Positions 23,101 to 36,820 of a stretch of 64,000 nucleotides of DNA are shown piece by piece. The stretch lies in assembly GCA_937625935.1 (NCBI GenBank), contig OW569373.1, positions 124,001 to 188,000 of the forward strand, written 5' to 3'. Numbering within the stretch: position 1 is the stretch's first letter; the number at the start of each line of letters is the position of its first letter. This DNA comes from Tetramitus jugosus (taxonomy: Eukaryota > Protista > Heterolobosea). The notes under the pieces are model-generated. The model was not told where the DNA came from. It made no database searches and saw only the letters and a program-made list of their open reading frames with translations. The translations under genes were made by a program, and so were the position numbers.

Positions 23101-26100
23101 CCAAGCAGCAAAGTGAACGCAGCAGAGATACTCTTAAAAGCATCAGATTGTTCCTTTGAAACATCATCTGCAGTGAATACATTCGTGCGAATGGACTCTC
23201 CCAGTTGACAAACGAGAGCAAAGGAATCAGTAAGAGCTCTGTTCACTATGCTTTTGATCGTACGTGTCCAGCACTCTGGGGATGAATCCTCGAAGAGCTT
23301 TCTCAATAAAATAAATATCTGTTTCGCCATATTTAAACCGATCGTATGGTTATGTGTCTCGGAGACAGCAAATGGATCACAACCCATTACTGAGTGTAAC
23401 TCGAACTGACCCAAGAATTCAAAAAGCACGCTCACTAATGTAATCTCATTGTCACTCAGTAAATCGCTAGAGTTCTTCTGCCTTAAAATCAAGTGACTGC
23501 ACAGTTTAAGAGACAATTCCTGAACCTGCACATACCCCATCTTTAAAAGAGGCAACAACAGAGCTTGGAAGCGAGCAGTAGTCAGGCACTCTTGAGCAGA
23601 CTTGGTACTGCACAGCGATACCATCAGAGAAAGCATCTCTTCCAAAACGACATAATTCGAGAAAGTGGGTTGCAGAAGTACATTCTCCAACTCATCGAAC
23701 AATAGTGAAAATATGCTATCTCGCAATAGGAGAAGCTTATTCTTCAATACATTCTGCATCAAAATTGGAGTGTCATTCTTTTCCTGCTCCTCCCATTGCT
23801 CCAGCATGGAAATAGATCGAACAGAAAGCATTCTGAATAATTTCCAAGCTCTTCTACTCATTTCCTTTCTCTCCTCGCCAGTGGCACTTCTCTGAGCAAA
23901 TTTAACATTGCCGTCAGGTGCAATATCACAGTTGAACATGAGTGGACATAATTTTTGCAATAGATTCAATTCTAACACCCAATCAATATCCAAGGGTTTA
24001 AAACTGATGAAGCATGTCTCAAGAATTTCACGCAACATTCCGCTTAATAATACATCAGAACCTGTTGGCTCAAGTTCATTCATCAAGGTACTTAAAAATT
24101 TAGCAAAAGAGTTCGAAAGAACGTCATAGTGCGTTGGTCCACACCCTTCAGTATTATTAAAATAATGGAAGTCAACGCGGTCGAAATTTTTCATTGAACG
24201 ACTCCTCAATACTGTTTTGGCACCTTGAATAATTTCTGCCTTGACACTACTAAACTGAGTGCATGTCAACAACTCAGTGTACATGCTAAATGCTTTCGCT
24301 CTGCTCAGTGCTCTATCCTTTCGATTATTAATGAAAGCTCTTAGTTTGCTTGGATCAGCATCACTCTGAACAAATGATAGTACAAGAGTAGCTATATCAG
24401 CAATATGTTGATTATCAACCTTGCTCGTATCATTCAATGCCTTTGACTTCCATTGCTTGCACAATCTCCAAGCAATCATAATTGACCGAACCTTATCTAT
24501 GGCACTATCAAAATCACTTGGTTGACCTGTTAATTGCATGTGTTCCTTTTCTTTGCCCTTTGTATCGGATTTACTAATTCTGCTGTGGCTGCGATCCTTG
24601 ACTAAGCGAGGACTCTCATTCAATACATCTCGATCAGTTGATTGAGTCAAAAGATTCGATTGTAAGGACCCTCTATGTACGAACGGGAAAGTAGAACTTC
24701 GCATGTCCAACAACAGTTCTGCTTTGGAGACAATGGATGTTCTCATGTTTTCATAAGCTAATTGTTGAGTTTGTCGCTTTTGAACCATCCATGTTCTCAC
24801 TTTCTTAGCACCTCTCCAAACAGAGAGTAGTTTTGGTGAAACAGCAATACGTGACAAAGAACTAAAATCATTATCACTACGCAAGGCATCAGCCAATTGA
24901 TTCGTGAATCGAAGCGCCAGTCCTGCCAAATCAGTATGCTTTAGTATGGAAGCTATGACTGCTCTCTCACTTGTATTGATGTCTTCATTATCCTTCAATA
25001 CAACAGGTTCAAATTGCAATTGTTGAGTCATAAACCTAACCAAAATGGCACCATTATTCCTATTGTGAATCAAATCAAGCAAAAATGTATTTCTGTTCTT
25101 AGAAGCACACGCTTCGTCTCTAAAATCTTCCAAACCTTTCGAAAATAGTTTAGAATTCAACCAAGAGGAGTTCTTGAGTTCATCAGATGAACAAGGATAA
25201 CTTGATAGAATAAACGTAGAACAGCGTCCACCGAGCCATCCAATATTCTTCTGCATCTCATAGAACCAATTAAGATCAAATATTGGTAATAGCGCGCATC
25301 TCATTCCCCAGTCTGTGCCTTTATCATCAGACGTAAAGTTGAGCTGAACAGAACTACCCCAGGTCATCAATGGATTCACAGGTATAGTTTTTCCATAACC
25401 TGAAAATTGAAGAGACTGTGCTGATACTTGAGGGTTTGCAGAAATTCTTAGGTTGTCAGAAGAGGTTGATGTCCTACTTCTTGGGTCGAACTTAACAGCT
25501 ACGGATATGACACTCTCTTGATCGAAAGTTGATTGTACTACATTGCTTAACTTACTCTCATACGGATGATCCGTCTCAACAATATGCCAATCAAATGTCG
25601 GATCTGCCTGTTTCAATACACTACTAAAGTCATTCATTGCTCTCAGCATATCTACTGTGAATGGATACAGGAATGATGTTATTCTGTGCATTTGCTTAAT
25701 GTCATCCTCCGTGTGGCCGCATCTCCACAAGAACTTCACAAAGGAATGGTAAAGTGGGAATGCCAACTGGCCGAATATTGATTGCCTCAACAATGAAAGC
25801 AATTTGAAATTGTTCTCGGATGTTTCTTCATCAGTGACAACGTACGCAGCAGCCAACAACTCCATGGATGAATTAAATACTTTGATCGCATAATCAATCA
25901 ATACCTTTCCTGCCCCTTGAACAAGAGATAGAGATGGAACTGTAGATGATCTGAATGATCTCAGTTGCGAGCCAGAGATTGTTTTGAGCAGAGAGTTTTG
26001 CCACATCAATGCGAGAGTAGTCAAATAATGACATATATCGCTGTTACTTGCATCTATTGTTGTAGATGGACCTACAACAGATTCAATTGCCTGTAGCGCA

Positions 26101-28840
26101 TCAGACTTCAGCAAGCTGATAACCTCCTCAAAAAATTGAACAGAATTGTCTTTCGCTCCAATGCCCTGCACAGCAAACGACTCAAATAAATAGCTGTCAG
26201 TTGTCATTCTAATCAGCACCTTCGCGAACAAGTTCCTTGTCAGAGAATCGTTAATATTTCGAAGCGAATCAATGAAAAAGCTTCTCTGTTCATTGTGCGT
26301 TGGATAAAACAACGTGTAACCCACGCAGAGCACCATTGATACATGATCAAACAGAACGGGATCATTAATCAAATCAGAGCTAATTGAGACAGCAGGTTGA
26401 TCGGATTGTGCTGCACTGATCGTATCACCATCCACTCCCGATTGTGGTCTTGAAATAACCACAAAGTCCTCTTCAGTACTTCGAGTGTCAACATCAATAC
26501 TCTCCTCAGTAGCAAGGAAACCTTGTTGTTTTTGAAGGCTTGATGCAACAGATCTAGATTGTCGCTTCGTCGTTGTGGTTGGTACGCTCGGCGTGATGAC
26601 TGGTTTAGGATTGTGTATCAGTGATAAGCAAAATATCTTGATATCCTTAATGAAATCAACTTTTGGAATACTGAAGGAATAGGAAGGGACTGAACTATCA
26701 TCCTTCTCACTTGGAGTACTAGGATATTGAGTGTTCGTAGGAGTTGCTCTTATTGCCAAACGACCTGAATCTGTTCTCAAAACTTCATTATCCTGTTTCC
26801 ACAATGAAAGAGCCTCAATATTCAATCGCAATATTCTAAAGAGGGCACTCAGACAGTATAGCTGTGGATGAGTCTTGTCCTTCTGCGCATTGACCTTAAA
26901 CTTCAAAAGGCGAGTAATCATAGATTTCAATATAGTAAACACTTGTGGCACAGGCTCGATACAGAATGAGGAAGAGAGACACTTGGTCTCCTTGAATAGC
27001 AAGTTTGGACCACTCAAATAAGCCTCGCACAATAGATCCAATTGAGACAAAATAAATACAAATACCCTCCGAATGGAAAGAAGTTTCTTTCCGTGTGAAG
27101 GAATACTATATGCTGAATTTGATACAATAGCTTGAGGCGAATGCGCTTGATCACTCTGGACCCAACTCCAATTCGAATGTGATCCCTGGCGAGTTCGATG
27201 CGGCATGTGGTTCGCTACCGTTGTACGATATTGGAGCAAAGCTTTTAGTGTCTCGGGTCGCAAGGTTATGCCTCCATCGTCTGACTCATCTGTTGGCAGT
27301 GGATCTCCGTGTTCTTCTGTCAATATTAAAATGCTCTGCAAAACCATGAGAACATCCAACAGGGAACCTCGATTCAATGCCAATAAAAATAGAGAGACGA
27401 TAGCTTTTGATCTCTTTCGAATATTAATGTCCTTGTTCGCTGTAAAATCAACCAAATAGGACTGAATATCACTAATATCACTTCCAATCATTGAATAGGG
27501 AGTAATATTCTTTGATAATAATTTGTACACGGATTCAGCACGAGATCTTCTCAACTTTGCAAAGAAACCCTTTTTCACATCACTCCTCTGCATAGCCTTT
27601 TGTAGTTCCTTAATGAGCTTCGTTGTCTCTTCTTTTTGAACTTTGGGCAACGCGAGCGGCAAATGTTCAAACAAACCTTTTAACCGCTATTGTAGTAGGC
27701 AAGGTAAAAACGAAAAAATGAATGTGGTGACGCATGTTTCATTGGTGTCAATTGATCCGTTCGATACAATAGTGAAACAATCACTTGTTAAAAAAACATA
27801 AAGTATCACACGAGTGTGTAACCACAACATACCTTGACATCACCGGACCTTAGTGTTTGAAACTCTTGAACGCGCTCCAAAATTTTCATTCTCTTGTACA
27901 GCAACATGTGAAACGACAAAAGTGGAGACAACTGGTCATCTTGTTCGGCATGTTGAACAAACAACCGCCTGACAGCTTCTTCTAATGCTGCATTGATTCT
28001 TACACTCTCATCTTCTTCATCATCGTCATCATCATTCATAATTAACAATGATGATGATGATGATACATTGACATTTCTACTACTATAGTTATCATTGTTG
28101 TTGTTATTATTATCGTGCTGATGGTGATGATGATGGTCATCCACTTGTTGTTCATTGTTGTTCGTTGATGATGATGCTAGTGGTGGTGGTCCTGGTCTCG
28201 TCTCCTCACTATGATGATGATGATCTGTCCAAGGTGAAGTCACCCTTTCAAACGAATTAAATAATTCAACTTCTTCGAAAACAGTGTTTGGCAATGTACT
28301 CTTTGATCGAAAGAAATCAAGTGAAGACACTTGTCTAACATCTACGGGGTCACTATAGTAAACGTGCAACAATTGATCATACGTGTTGATATCGTTGGCT
28401 GCATTCGTCTGTAGCATGTGAATAGGAACGGATTGTTGTGGTGGTGTTGCGGACGACGATGATGTTGTTGACGACGGTGAAGAATAGGATGAAGGTGTAA
28501 GTGCATTGACAGGTAGGTGATGATGATGATGATGATTCGAATTGATGGGTGATGTCGCACTGATAATGCTACTGCCAGTGGAAGCTCTGTGCTGAATATG
28601 ATTACGATGATTGGTGGGTGAAACTACTGCTGCTGCCACAGATGACGAAGACGATGATTGCTGTTGCTGCTGAGGAGGAGGAGGAACAACGGATGGTGGT
28701 GGTTGTAGACGATGTGGTTGCTGCTGCTGCTGCTGTTGTTGCTGTTGAGGAGGTGGTGGAGCAAGATTCGCTAGATTACGATGAGTAAAAGGATTAGTGG
28801 TAGGTGGTGGTTGATGATGATGAGTTACAGATGGATCCAT
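17187..28840 (-). CDS. Giant HECT E3 ubiquitin ligase (~3835 aa) with UBR-box, SPRY, 2 UBA-like and 2 ZZ domains; exons 27833-28840 and 17187-27686
   Basis: C-terminal HECT (DYGGPFRE..LPLSHTCFFSIELPPY); UBR zinc finger CSF..YSCLTC..CAVCARTCHRGH..FYCDCG; SPRY FYFEIEV..DVIGCG..FFTKNG; ZZ CNNC..RYHCTECDDYDLCEKC twice; intron 27687-27832 GTATGT..TAG in frame. Confidence 0.92.
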
Positions 28841-29509
28841 GATTATTGTTGTTGTTTGTTGTTTGTCCTATGATGTTTTTTTTTGTTGTTGGTTGTTGGG
28901 ATGAAAAAAATCAAAGTTGTTTTTGCTTGTTTGAATTCAGCTTTTTGAGCTTTGAGCTACTCGAACAATGATTGGATAATAAATTAGAGATCTCTTGAGA
29001 GATTTGTTTGTCGTTGTGGTTGTTGTTTGTTGGGATGAAAAATGTGAAGAAAGGGTTTTTAGTAGGAGATAGTTTGTCCTCGAAATCAATTCGTATCGTT
29101 CGTTTGTTGTTTTAGGACGAAGAACTTTTATCAATTTTGTTGTTTGGTCCAAAAAAAAAGGTGTTTTGTGTCCATGTCAAATGAGTTACGAAATGTCCGT
29201 TGTTCCAAAGTGCTATGGAGGTGTCCGAGCAGGCCTTAAAGGGGTACAGATTACATGAAGAGCTTGTAACCGTTCACCAATAGGCTCCAGGAGATGCGAT
29301 TGTAAAGAGTGACTTTTGGCAGGGTATCTTCACAGTATGTTACAAGTTCCAGACGAACCAAACATGAAACTCTATTTAAATCAATCAATTGCCCCGCCAG
29401 AGGCGAACAAACCGCTCACACCTGATTTTTGTCGTGTCCTGCCCAAAAATTCGTTGCCTTCACGACGAAACACAAGAAACAACGAGCGAAAAAAAACATC
29501 ATTTGAATC

Positions 29510-31113
29510 ATGTCAGCAGTCGAACACACAATTGGTGACAAGTTTGTTCTTGGTAGGAAGATTGGTAGTGGAGCATTTGGAGAAATTTTTATTGGTAAGC
29601 TTTCTTTTTTTTTGCTTCAAAGCATCAATCAATACGAACAAAAAAAACAATCATCAAATGGAACATAATGTTGTTGACAAAAATTCTTTTTCGGCATTTC
29701 TCTATCTCTTAAAACTCCATGTGATGATGATAATGGTTGCTCCGATGTTTGCTGATCGAACTCATTTTTTTGGCGCTTTTTTAAAAAACTCCGACTTTAC
29801 GAATCATGATTTTTTAGCTCAAAACCGACTCACAGGAGAAAAGGTGGCAGTCAAGCTTGAACACAGAAAATCCAAGCATCCACAACTGCTGTATGAAGCC
29901 AGACTTATTAAGCTCTTGAACCTATCAAAGAGAGGTATGTGTCATACATGTCGATATCTACTACTCTATGTCCTGCTTGGAAAGCTTTCGACGAAAATTT
30001 TATTTTTTTTTCTTGTTGAATATGACAATGGACGAATCATGTGCATAACTTACATACTTTTCTCTCCAATCATGATGTTCATACTGCAATGAATGCGTTA
30101 TCATCATTGTATATTTATAGCTCTGGGTATACCAAGAGTGAGATGGTATGGTATCGAAGGTGACTATAACGCAATGGTCATGGACTTGTTAGGTCTCAGT
30201 CTGGAAGAATCATTCAATCGATGTGGCAGAAAATTTTCATTGAAAACTGTTTTGATGTTGGCTGATCAAATGGTACGTGTCATGATCATTTCATATGCAC
30301 GCACACTCTCTTGCTTTTTCTCTTGTGTGTGCTTCTCTCAACGATGGATGCTCTTTTATCGTCATTTACTTGTTCTTCTTCTGACTAACACGCTTTTTCA
30401 TCTTGTCTTTTGTCTCTCTATATATATATATATTGATTCTATTTGTTCATGACATTGTGCAACTGGTGACTCTACCTGTCTATCATATATTACTATTATC
30501 ATTCATTGACTTTTAGTTGAAAAGAGTAGAATACATTCATTCCAAAAACTTTATTCATCGTGATATCAAACCAGACAATTTTCTGATGGGAACGTTGAAG
30601 AAACAACATGTTGTGTTCATGATTGATTATGGATTGGCTAAAAAGTACAGAGACAGCAAGCACGTTCACATTCCATACAGAGACAATAAGCACCTAACAG
30701 GCACAGCACGTTACGCCAGTATCAACAACCACTTGGGCATTGAACAGAGCAGAAGAGATGATTTGGAATCATTGGGCTATGTCCTAATGTACTTTAACAA
30801 GGGAGAACTGCCATGGCAGGGACTGAAAGCGAGAACAAAGGGCGACAAATATACACGAATCTGTGAGAAGAAGTCCTCAACGGGCATCAATGCTCTGTGT
30901 GAAGGATTCCCAACAGAGTTTGCTACTTACTTGAACTATACTAGATCTCTGGGCTTTGAAGATAAGCCAGATTATCAATACTTGAGAAAATTGTTTAGGG
31001 ACTTGTTTGTCAGACAGGGTTACACGATGGATTATAATTTTGATTGGAGCAATATGAATGGTGTTGTAGATACCGGATCTGCTTCCACACCACCCATTCA
31101 AAACTACCAATAA
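29510..31113 (+). CDS. CSNK1: Casein kinase I; exons 29510-29594, 29818-29934, 30121-30272, 30517-31113
   Basis: [57 protein letters not shown]; three GT-AG introns give one frame. Confidence 0.95.
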
Positions 31114-31572
31114 GAGAAATCTTTTATTCTCACGCACCATGTACACCATAAAGTTACGAAGAACATGATAAATCGAATCTTTTATTCTTGTAAATTTTTA
31201 TCGGCGTCTCCGCATTTATCACAACGATTGATTTGGTTGTAACTTCCGAACGGTTCATATCCCAACAAATGAGCTCTCCAAGTTATTTTTTCTTCGGGAC
31301 TTTTCGCTCTTGATATTGAATACCAACGTTATCCGAAAGTACTTCTTCATTGAGGATAGAACACTCCTCCAACAAACAAACGACAGCACAAACTCACAGC
31401 TGTAACTTACACATTTATATCTTTCACACAACTTAACATTCCATCACGTACAATTGTGGATATCTCGAAAATATCAGACAGCGAAACAACATCGCATGAT
31501 TTATACCCAACAAGCCTAATTTTTGAAACGGTATCATTTAGAAAACGAAACAAACACATCAATTCCTCGACC

Positions 31573-34500
31573 ATGTCTTCCAACACAACCTCAATGCTAT
31601 CATCTGATCAATATCAATCTAACTCTTATTCACAGCAATCTTCGACTGAGAAGGAGTGGTATTGGCCAATTCCAAATCCTCACTGGGACATGAAACCTTG
31701 CGCCAACCTCCGCCATGTTGGGAGGAGAAAGTTGGACAAAATAGATTTGTACGTGGACAGGAAGGAATCTGTGTCGTTCGCAAAAAAGCACACACTTTCC
31801 CTTGTCGGAAATTGGCGCCGGCTTCACTCCCAACTAGGCAATAAGGCAATACGAGACGCACAAAAAGTTCCACAACACGCGTTTGGTTGCCCATCTAAAG
31901 TCATACGTGACCCAACTATCATAAGTGCGATTGTCACTAAACATCATGCTTGCTCTTGTGTGATGCCTGGATGTCCAGAGGTTGGCAAGCATTCCGCTTA
32001 CAAAGACAGAAGAATTCCTAATGTTGATTCTGATAGTGATGGCTGTGTTAGGTTTAACGGAAAGAACAATCTCCTACGTTCTTTTTCCTCGAAAGCAGCA
32101 AGAGAAGTGAGAGAAATCAACAAGCCCTTAACTGTCCCTCAAGTCTTTGAAAGAAGTTGCACCATCAGGGGAAAGCGATTGATTCTTCCAAAATATCCCA
32201 ACAAGTATTGCCATCTTCGTTCCGTTCAATCCAAGTTCTCACCACCAGCACAAGCACAATCAGGAGAAGTCCCATACGAATCTCTGTGTCTATCCAATCC
32301 TTGCCCAACAACTGAGCAAACATTATCACAACCAAACGAGCCTGTTCTTCAGTTCAAGCAAAAGATTGAACAATTAACGGCGAAGAGCGATCGTGATCAC
32401 CCCAACATCACACACACCAACAACACCAACCACAACAGCAATAAGCATTTTCTTTCGTCAGCTACTTCCTTGAACGAAATGGAGTCACGTTCACCAGCAC
32501 AAGTGAAGAGTTTTTTCACTGATCACTTGCTGCTGCCCAAGGTCGAACCCATTGATTATGGTGACGACGATGAACAACGGCCCATAGATCATTACAATGG
32601 TGATGGAAACAATCAGGCACCATTTACCATTTTTGATGAGGACCCAAAAAGTATGATGCCAAAACAACCTACGAGAATCCAAAAAAACATACCGAACGAC
32701 GGTATAATGATACCAAAGTACTCTTTGGTCGTTAGTTTCAGTAGCAATCAGCAACAGGTAGTCAACAATGTACCTACCAGCAGCATGAACAGTCATGACG
32801 ATATGAACACTATTGATCATCAGAGCAACAACCAGAGCAACGACAACAACAACCATAACAGCAACAATCAAAATGTTGATCCTCATCACAACAATCATGG
32901 TGAAAGTGGGGGTAGTAACAGCAATGATAATCGTGATAATCGTGATAATAATAATAATAGTAATAGCAGTAATAATAATAGTAATGATGATAAGGGAAAA
33001 GCTAATGATCAGAATAATAATAATAACAATAATAGTAGCAATAATGATGGCAAGGATGAGGGGAATAATGACGAGGAGGAGGGTGATGATAGAGCTGGAG
33101 AAGACGAGGAAGACGATGCCATTAGTGGAGGTGCAGAGGACGATGACTCAGCTGGCAGTGATCACAATCATCAAAGTGATGGTGTTAGTGGTGGCAGTAG
33201 TAGCAGTAACAGCAAAAAAAGAAAGAGAAAGAGATTCAATGAAGCCTGCACAGAGTGTAGACGTGCACACAAGGCTTGTTCTCGTACTAGACCTTGTGAG
33301 AGATGTGTTCGATTGGGAACACCTGAAAAATGTCAATCTATGGAGAGAAAGAAGAGAAAAGTAACAAAGAAACGATGGTTCAACTATCAAGTGCAAGAGA
33401 ATGGAAAAATTACCTTGGAGAATACGAAGCAGCAGCAGCAACAACAACAGCAACGTCAGAAAGCAATGCAATCCTCGTTTGCTTCCTCTTCTATGAGCAA
33501 TGAATCGGCAAGCTCATCTGTAAGCAACATTGTCCATGGTTCTACGATGAATACGACTATGAACTCTTCTTCAGGTGTCTCACAATCCTTTTCTCCTCCT
33601 GTGTATCAGACACCATCCGCTACGACTGCTCATCAACAACAATATCAGCAATCTAGAACAATCGTTACCAATCAGCCCCATGGAGTGAACTATCAGAACC
33701 AACAACAGCAACAATACCACCCCTCATTTTCAATGCAGCATCAAGAACAGCAACAGGCGCCACAGTTTCATCAACATCACCCTCGACCGTCACCATACAT
33801 GGCTACAACTGGGTCTACATCTGGCTTGTCGCAACGAGCAACGGATATTCACACTCAACAACAACAACAGCAGCCGCAGCAACAACTACATTATTACTAT
33901 CATCATCCTCCTCATCAGAAGCAGAACAATAATAGTAGCAACAACCAACAGTTCCAGCAACATCAAAACAAGAACATACACGGAATAATGAGCACTGCAA
34001 ATACGAACACGAGCACACCATCAATTATGAATCAACAGCACCTTGGAGGCAGCACTGGAAGTCAAATGTCAGGCAACAGTAATCACTTACTTGTCCCCTC
34101 AACCACGCATCACCAAATAAGCCACACGACTGCCGCGATCGATAGCAAACAACCTGATATGATGATACCTCGATCGGCATCATCATCATCTCTTTTTGAA
34201 CCCTCTCTTCTTCATCAGCAACAACAGCAACACCTCCCTTATCATCAGCACAGCCAGCAGGTACAGCAAAGTATCGACGGTAGTCAAATGGCATTGCCTT
34301 CTTTCAATCGCTTGTCCAATCAACCAGCAAGTGGAGTTGGTGGTTCTAGTATGGGTCGAATGCCTGGTCACAACAACAACAACAATCATTCAGCTGTTGT
34401 GTCTTCATCATCATGGCATCCCAATTCTTCACCATCATATGACGTGCTTGCTTCTCCATCACCTCATCAACAACAACAAGAGCAACGATCTGATCACGCA

Positions 34501-34830
34501 CTTGTTGTTATGGATCATCGATTGAGGCAACAGCAACATCATACAGGTCATTTGATGAACATGTCAATGACACCTTCACCATCTTCATTTGTACATCAAC
34601 ACACACAGCAGACCCACCAATTCCATTCCTATCAACCCAGTAATGTCAGTGGTTTAATTACTGGTGCTAATAGTAGTGGTCGTGGTGGAGTCAATACAGC
34701 TAGTATTTTCCATGGTGCGACATTTGGTGAAGAGGTGAGTGGATTCGAATCAGTGAACCCTTCGTCATCGACATCAACCTCATCATTGCACCCATCCACC
34801 ACCTCTTCAGAAGCTCATTCACAACAGTAG
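31573..34830 (+). CDS. Zn(II)2Cys6 binuclear-cluster transcription factor with N/Q-rich regions
   Basis: KKRKRKR NLS followed by ACTECRRAHKACSRTRPCERCVRLGTPEKC (CX2CX6CX5CX2CX8C). Confidence 0.85.
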   Translation: MSSNTTSMLSSDQYQSNSYSQQSSTEKEWYWPIPNPHWDMKPCANLRHVGRRKLDKIDLYVDRKESVSFAKKHTLSLVGNWRRLHSQLGNKAIRDAQKVPQHAFGCPSKVIRDPTIISAIVTKHHACSCVMPGCPEVGKHSAYKDRRIPNVDSDSDGCVRFNGKNNLLRSFSSKAAREVREINKPLTVPQVFERSCTIRGKRLILPKYPNKYCHLRSVQSKFSPPAQAQSGEVPYESLCLSNPCPTTEQTLSQPNEPVLQFKQKIEQLTAKSDRDHPNITHTNNTNHNSNKHFLSSATSLNEMESRSPAQVKSFFTDHLLLPKVEPIDYGDDDEQRPIDHYNGDGNNQAPFTIFDEDPKSMMPKQPTRIQKNIPNDGIMIPKYSLVVSFSSNQQQVVNNVPTSSMNSHDDMNTIDHQSNNQSNDNNNHNSNNQNVDPHHNNHGESGGSNSNDNRDNRDNNNNSNSSNNNSNDDKGKANDQNNNNNNNSSNNDGKDEGNNDEEEGDDRAGEDEEDDAISGGAEDDDSAGSDHNHQSDGVSGGSSSSNSKKRKRKRFNEACTECRRAHKACSRTRPCERCVRLGTPEKCQSMERKKRKVTKKRWFNYQVQENGKITLENTKQQQQQQQQRQKAMQSSFASSSMSNESASSSVSNIVHGSTMNTTMNSSSGVSQSFSPPVYQTPSATTAHQQQYQQSRTIVTNQPHGVNYQNQQQQQYHPSFSMQHQEQQQAPQFHQHHPRPSPYMATTGSTSGLSQRATDIHTQQQQQQPQQQLHYYYHHPPHQKQNNNSSNNQQFQQHQNKNIHGIMSTANTNTSTPSIMNQQHLGGSTGSQMSGNSNHLLVPSTTHHQISHTTAAIDSKQPDMMIPRSASSSSLFEPSLLHQQQQQHLPYHQHSQQVQQSIDGSQMALPSFNRLSNQPASGVGGSSMGRMPGHNNNNNHSAVVSSSSWHPNSSPSYDVLASPSPHQQQQEQRSDHALVVMDHRLRQQQHHTGHLMNMSMTPSPSSFVHQHTQQTHQFHSYQPSNVSGLITGANSSGRGGVNTASIFHGATFGEEVSGFESVNPSSSTSTSSLHPSTTSSEAHSQQ

Positions 34831-35476
34831 TTGTAGCAGTGAACAAGTTGTCGTCTGAGTAGAGAGCAAGTAGAGAGCACGCAGAGAGAGTGATGAGACA
34901 ACTCCAGAGAAGCAATAATAAAGTGACTTATGCTTATTGATTCATCCATTCGAAGCGAACACCCTAGAGAGAGAGTAGACCAGAAAAGGCTGTATTGATT
35001 TTGGCTTGGACCTAGTTTTTCTTTGTTCTTGGAGAGAGGGATTTATGCTTGTGAAACAGGTAGTTTGCTATCTGCCGTGGCAGTTGTGTGCCTCATTCAA
35101 AAATGTTGCGTTGCTTTTGGTTGTTGGGTAGGGTAGCATTGGTACGCCCATCATGCCTCCATTTGCAGGGAAGTTCACGCAATAGTCATGAAGCTTTTTT
35201 CCTCCTTTGAACACATACAATAGGATAGGGAATACGAAAATCCATACCTTTATAAACAAAAGCTCTACATACAATAGTCGCAAGAAACAAGCAACGAAGA
35301 TGATCTAAATGGTGACTTTTTTCTGGCGAAGTGTGTGATTTTTGGTGTGTCAATTTTGCGACTCCGCCTAATGCGGACGGAAAGGAAGCGGAGTAATTCA
35401 AATTGACCAAAATCATTGGATTACACCGAAAGAATTCGTTTATTGTAAACTGCGTGCTGCCAATGCACATACACAT

Positions 35477-36820
35477 CTAAAGATAATCGATGAGGGTGCT
35501 ATTTTGTTTCAAGCTTGAGCTCAGTTCCGAACGTTCATCCACATCAGTTGTAGCTGTCACCTCGGTTGTGTTTGTTGGTGTGCTGCTTGTTGTTTGTAAT
35601 CTCAAGGAGGGATCTCGAGACAATCTCCGCTCCTTCTCATCGTCCTTGTTCAACAAAGAGTTCATTGCCTTCACGGTTGCAGAAGACAAATCAACTTCAT
35701 TGTCCTGCAAGTCAACAACTTGTAACCGACACTCGGAATTCATCTCTTCAATTCCTCCAATTAAATGATTGACACCCACATCAGAAATCTTATTCTTGCA
35801 CAGTACCAATTTCGTCAAGCAAGTGTTTGTCTTCAAACATTCGGCCAATACTTTACAACACTCGTTATTAATTTCACAATCAGTCAAATCCAAGACTTCA
35901 AAAACACATCTCGAATCGTTTGTCTCCTTATCAATCAACAATTTTTTGAGTAGAACAGGAGTAATCTGCCACTTACTCAGAGACAAGTGCGTAATTTTTC
36001 TTTGCTTGTTCATGAGTGACATGAATTCGGAGGCAATCTGTTGCGAAATGGCAAATTTGCCCAAGTGAAATCGCGTCAACACACATCGCTGATCCGCACT
36101 GTTCGTCAACAAAATCTTACCCAGTGTCTCAATCGATTGCATCTCCAATGGCTTATAATTGCCCTCAATCACCAACTCGTGAACAAAGTCACAAACAGAC
36201 ACAATTTTCAAAACGGAATCCACTCCGTTCGACCCGAAATCACTCTCCAAGAATTGCAAGGACAAGCTACTGCTCTGTCGCTTCTTGATTACCACAGGTG
36301 TCGGAGGCGATGCGGACGATGATCGTCTTTTCCAGTCGGAACTCGTCCGAGTCGACTGCACGGAATCAGAGTTGGATGACGTTGGGCTCAATGTGTTATT
36401 GCTATTGCTTTGTGCCGAAGGAAGAGCAGCCAACGCTGGTGCTACCACAGTATTCGTATTGTACTTGTACATGATGTTCAAAATGTCTTTGGCCACTTCA
36501 TCAGTCAATAAGCTCTCACCGGAGAATTTAAATACGGAGACAGAGGTATTTCCGCTCTGAACCAGAGTCTTGTACAGTTCAATGACATCCTTTGTGGAAA
36601 TGTTTTTGGTTGTCTAGATTTGTTTTGTTGTGTTTGTTGTGTTTCGGTTGTGTTCCGATTGTGAGCTCATGTTGTTTGTTTAGATTGTGACAAGACACAT
36701 AAAAAAAAGTTGCTGTTTTTTTGAAGCATCATATCATCATCATCATACCTCATCGAACTCGACGACTCGAACCAAATTTTTGCTGATTCCATTTTTCATT
36801 TTTGATACTTTATCGCCCAT
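35477..36820 (-). CDS. RNI-like leucine-rich repeat protein, putatively N-myristoylated; exons 36749-36820 and 35477-36613
   Basis: LDLTDCEINNECCKVLAECLKTNTCLTKLVLCKNKISDVGV LRRs; intron 36614-36748 (GTATGA..TAG) joins the MGDKVS exon in frame. Confidence 0.75.

Noticed and set aside
29316-30452. ORF-track 258-aa and 119-aa proteins
   Set aside because: Read-through of CK1 introns; the spliced model explains them
32820-33060. AAT/AAC tandem repeats as independent satellite elements
   Set aside because: In-frame poly-Asn coding tracts typical of this genome
35068-35476. Small minus-strand ORFs with a possible intron (GTATGG...AAG) between the Zn2Cys6 and LRR genes
   Set aside because: No convincing start codon or recognisable motif; cannot be supported
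36614-36670. In-frame TAG after ATG 36670 suggesting stop-codon readthrough or an alternative genetic code
   Set aside because: The TAG is the acceptor of a GTATGA...TAG intron that joins an upstream exon in frame; other genes use TAA, TAG and TGA as normal stops
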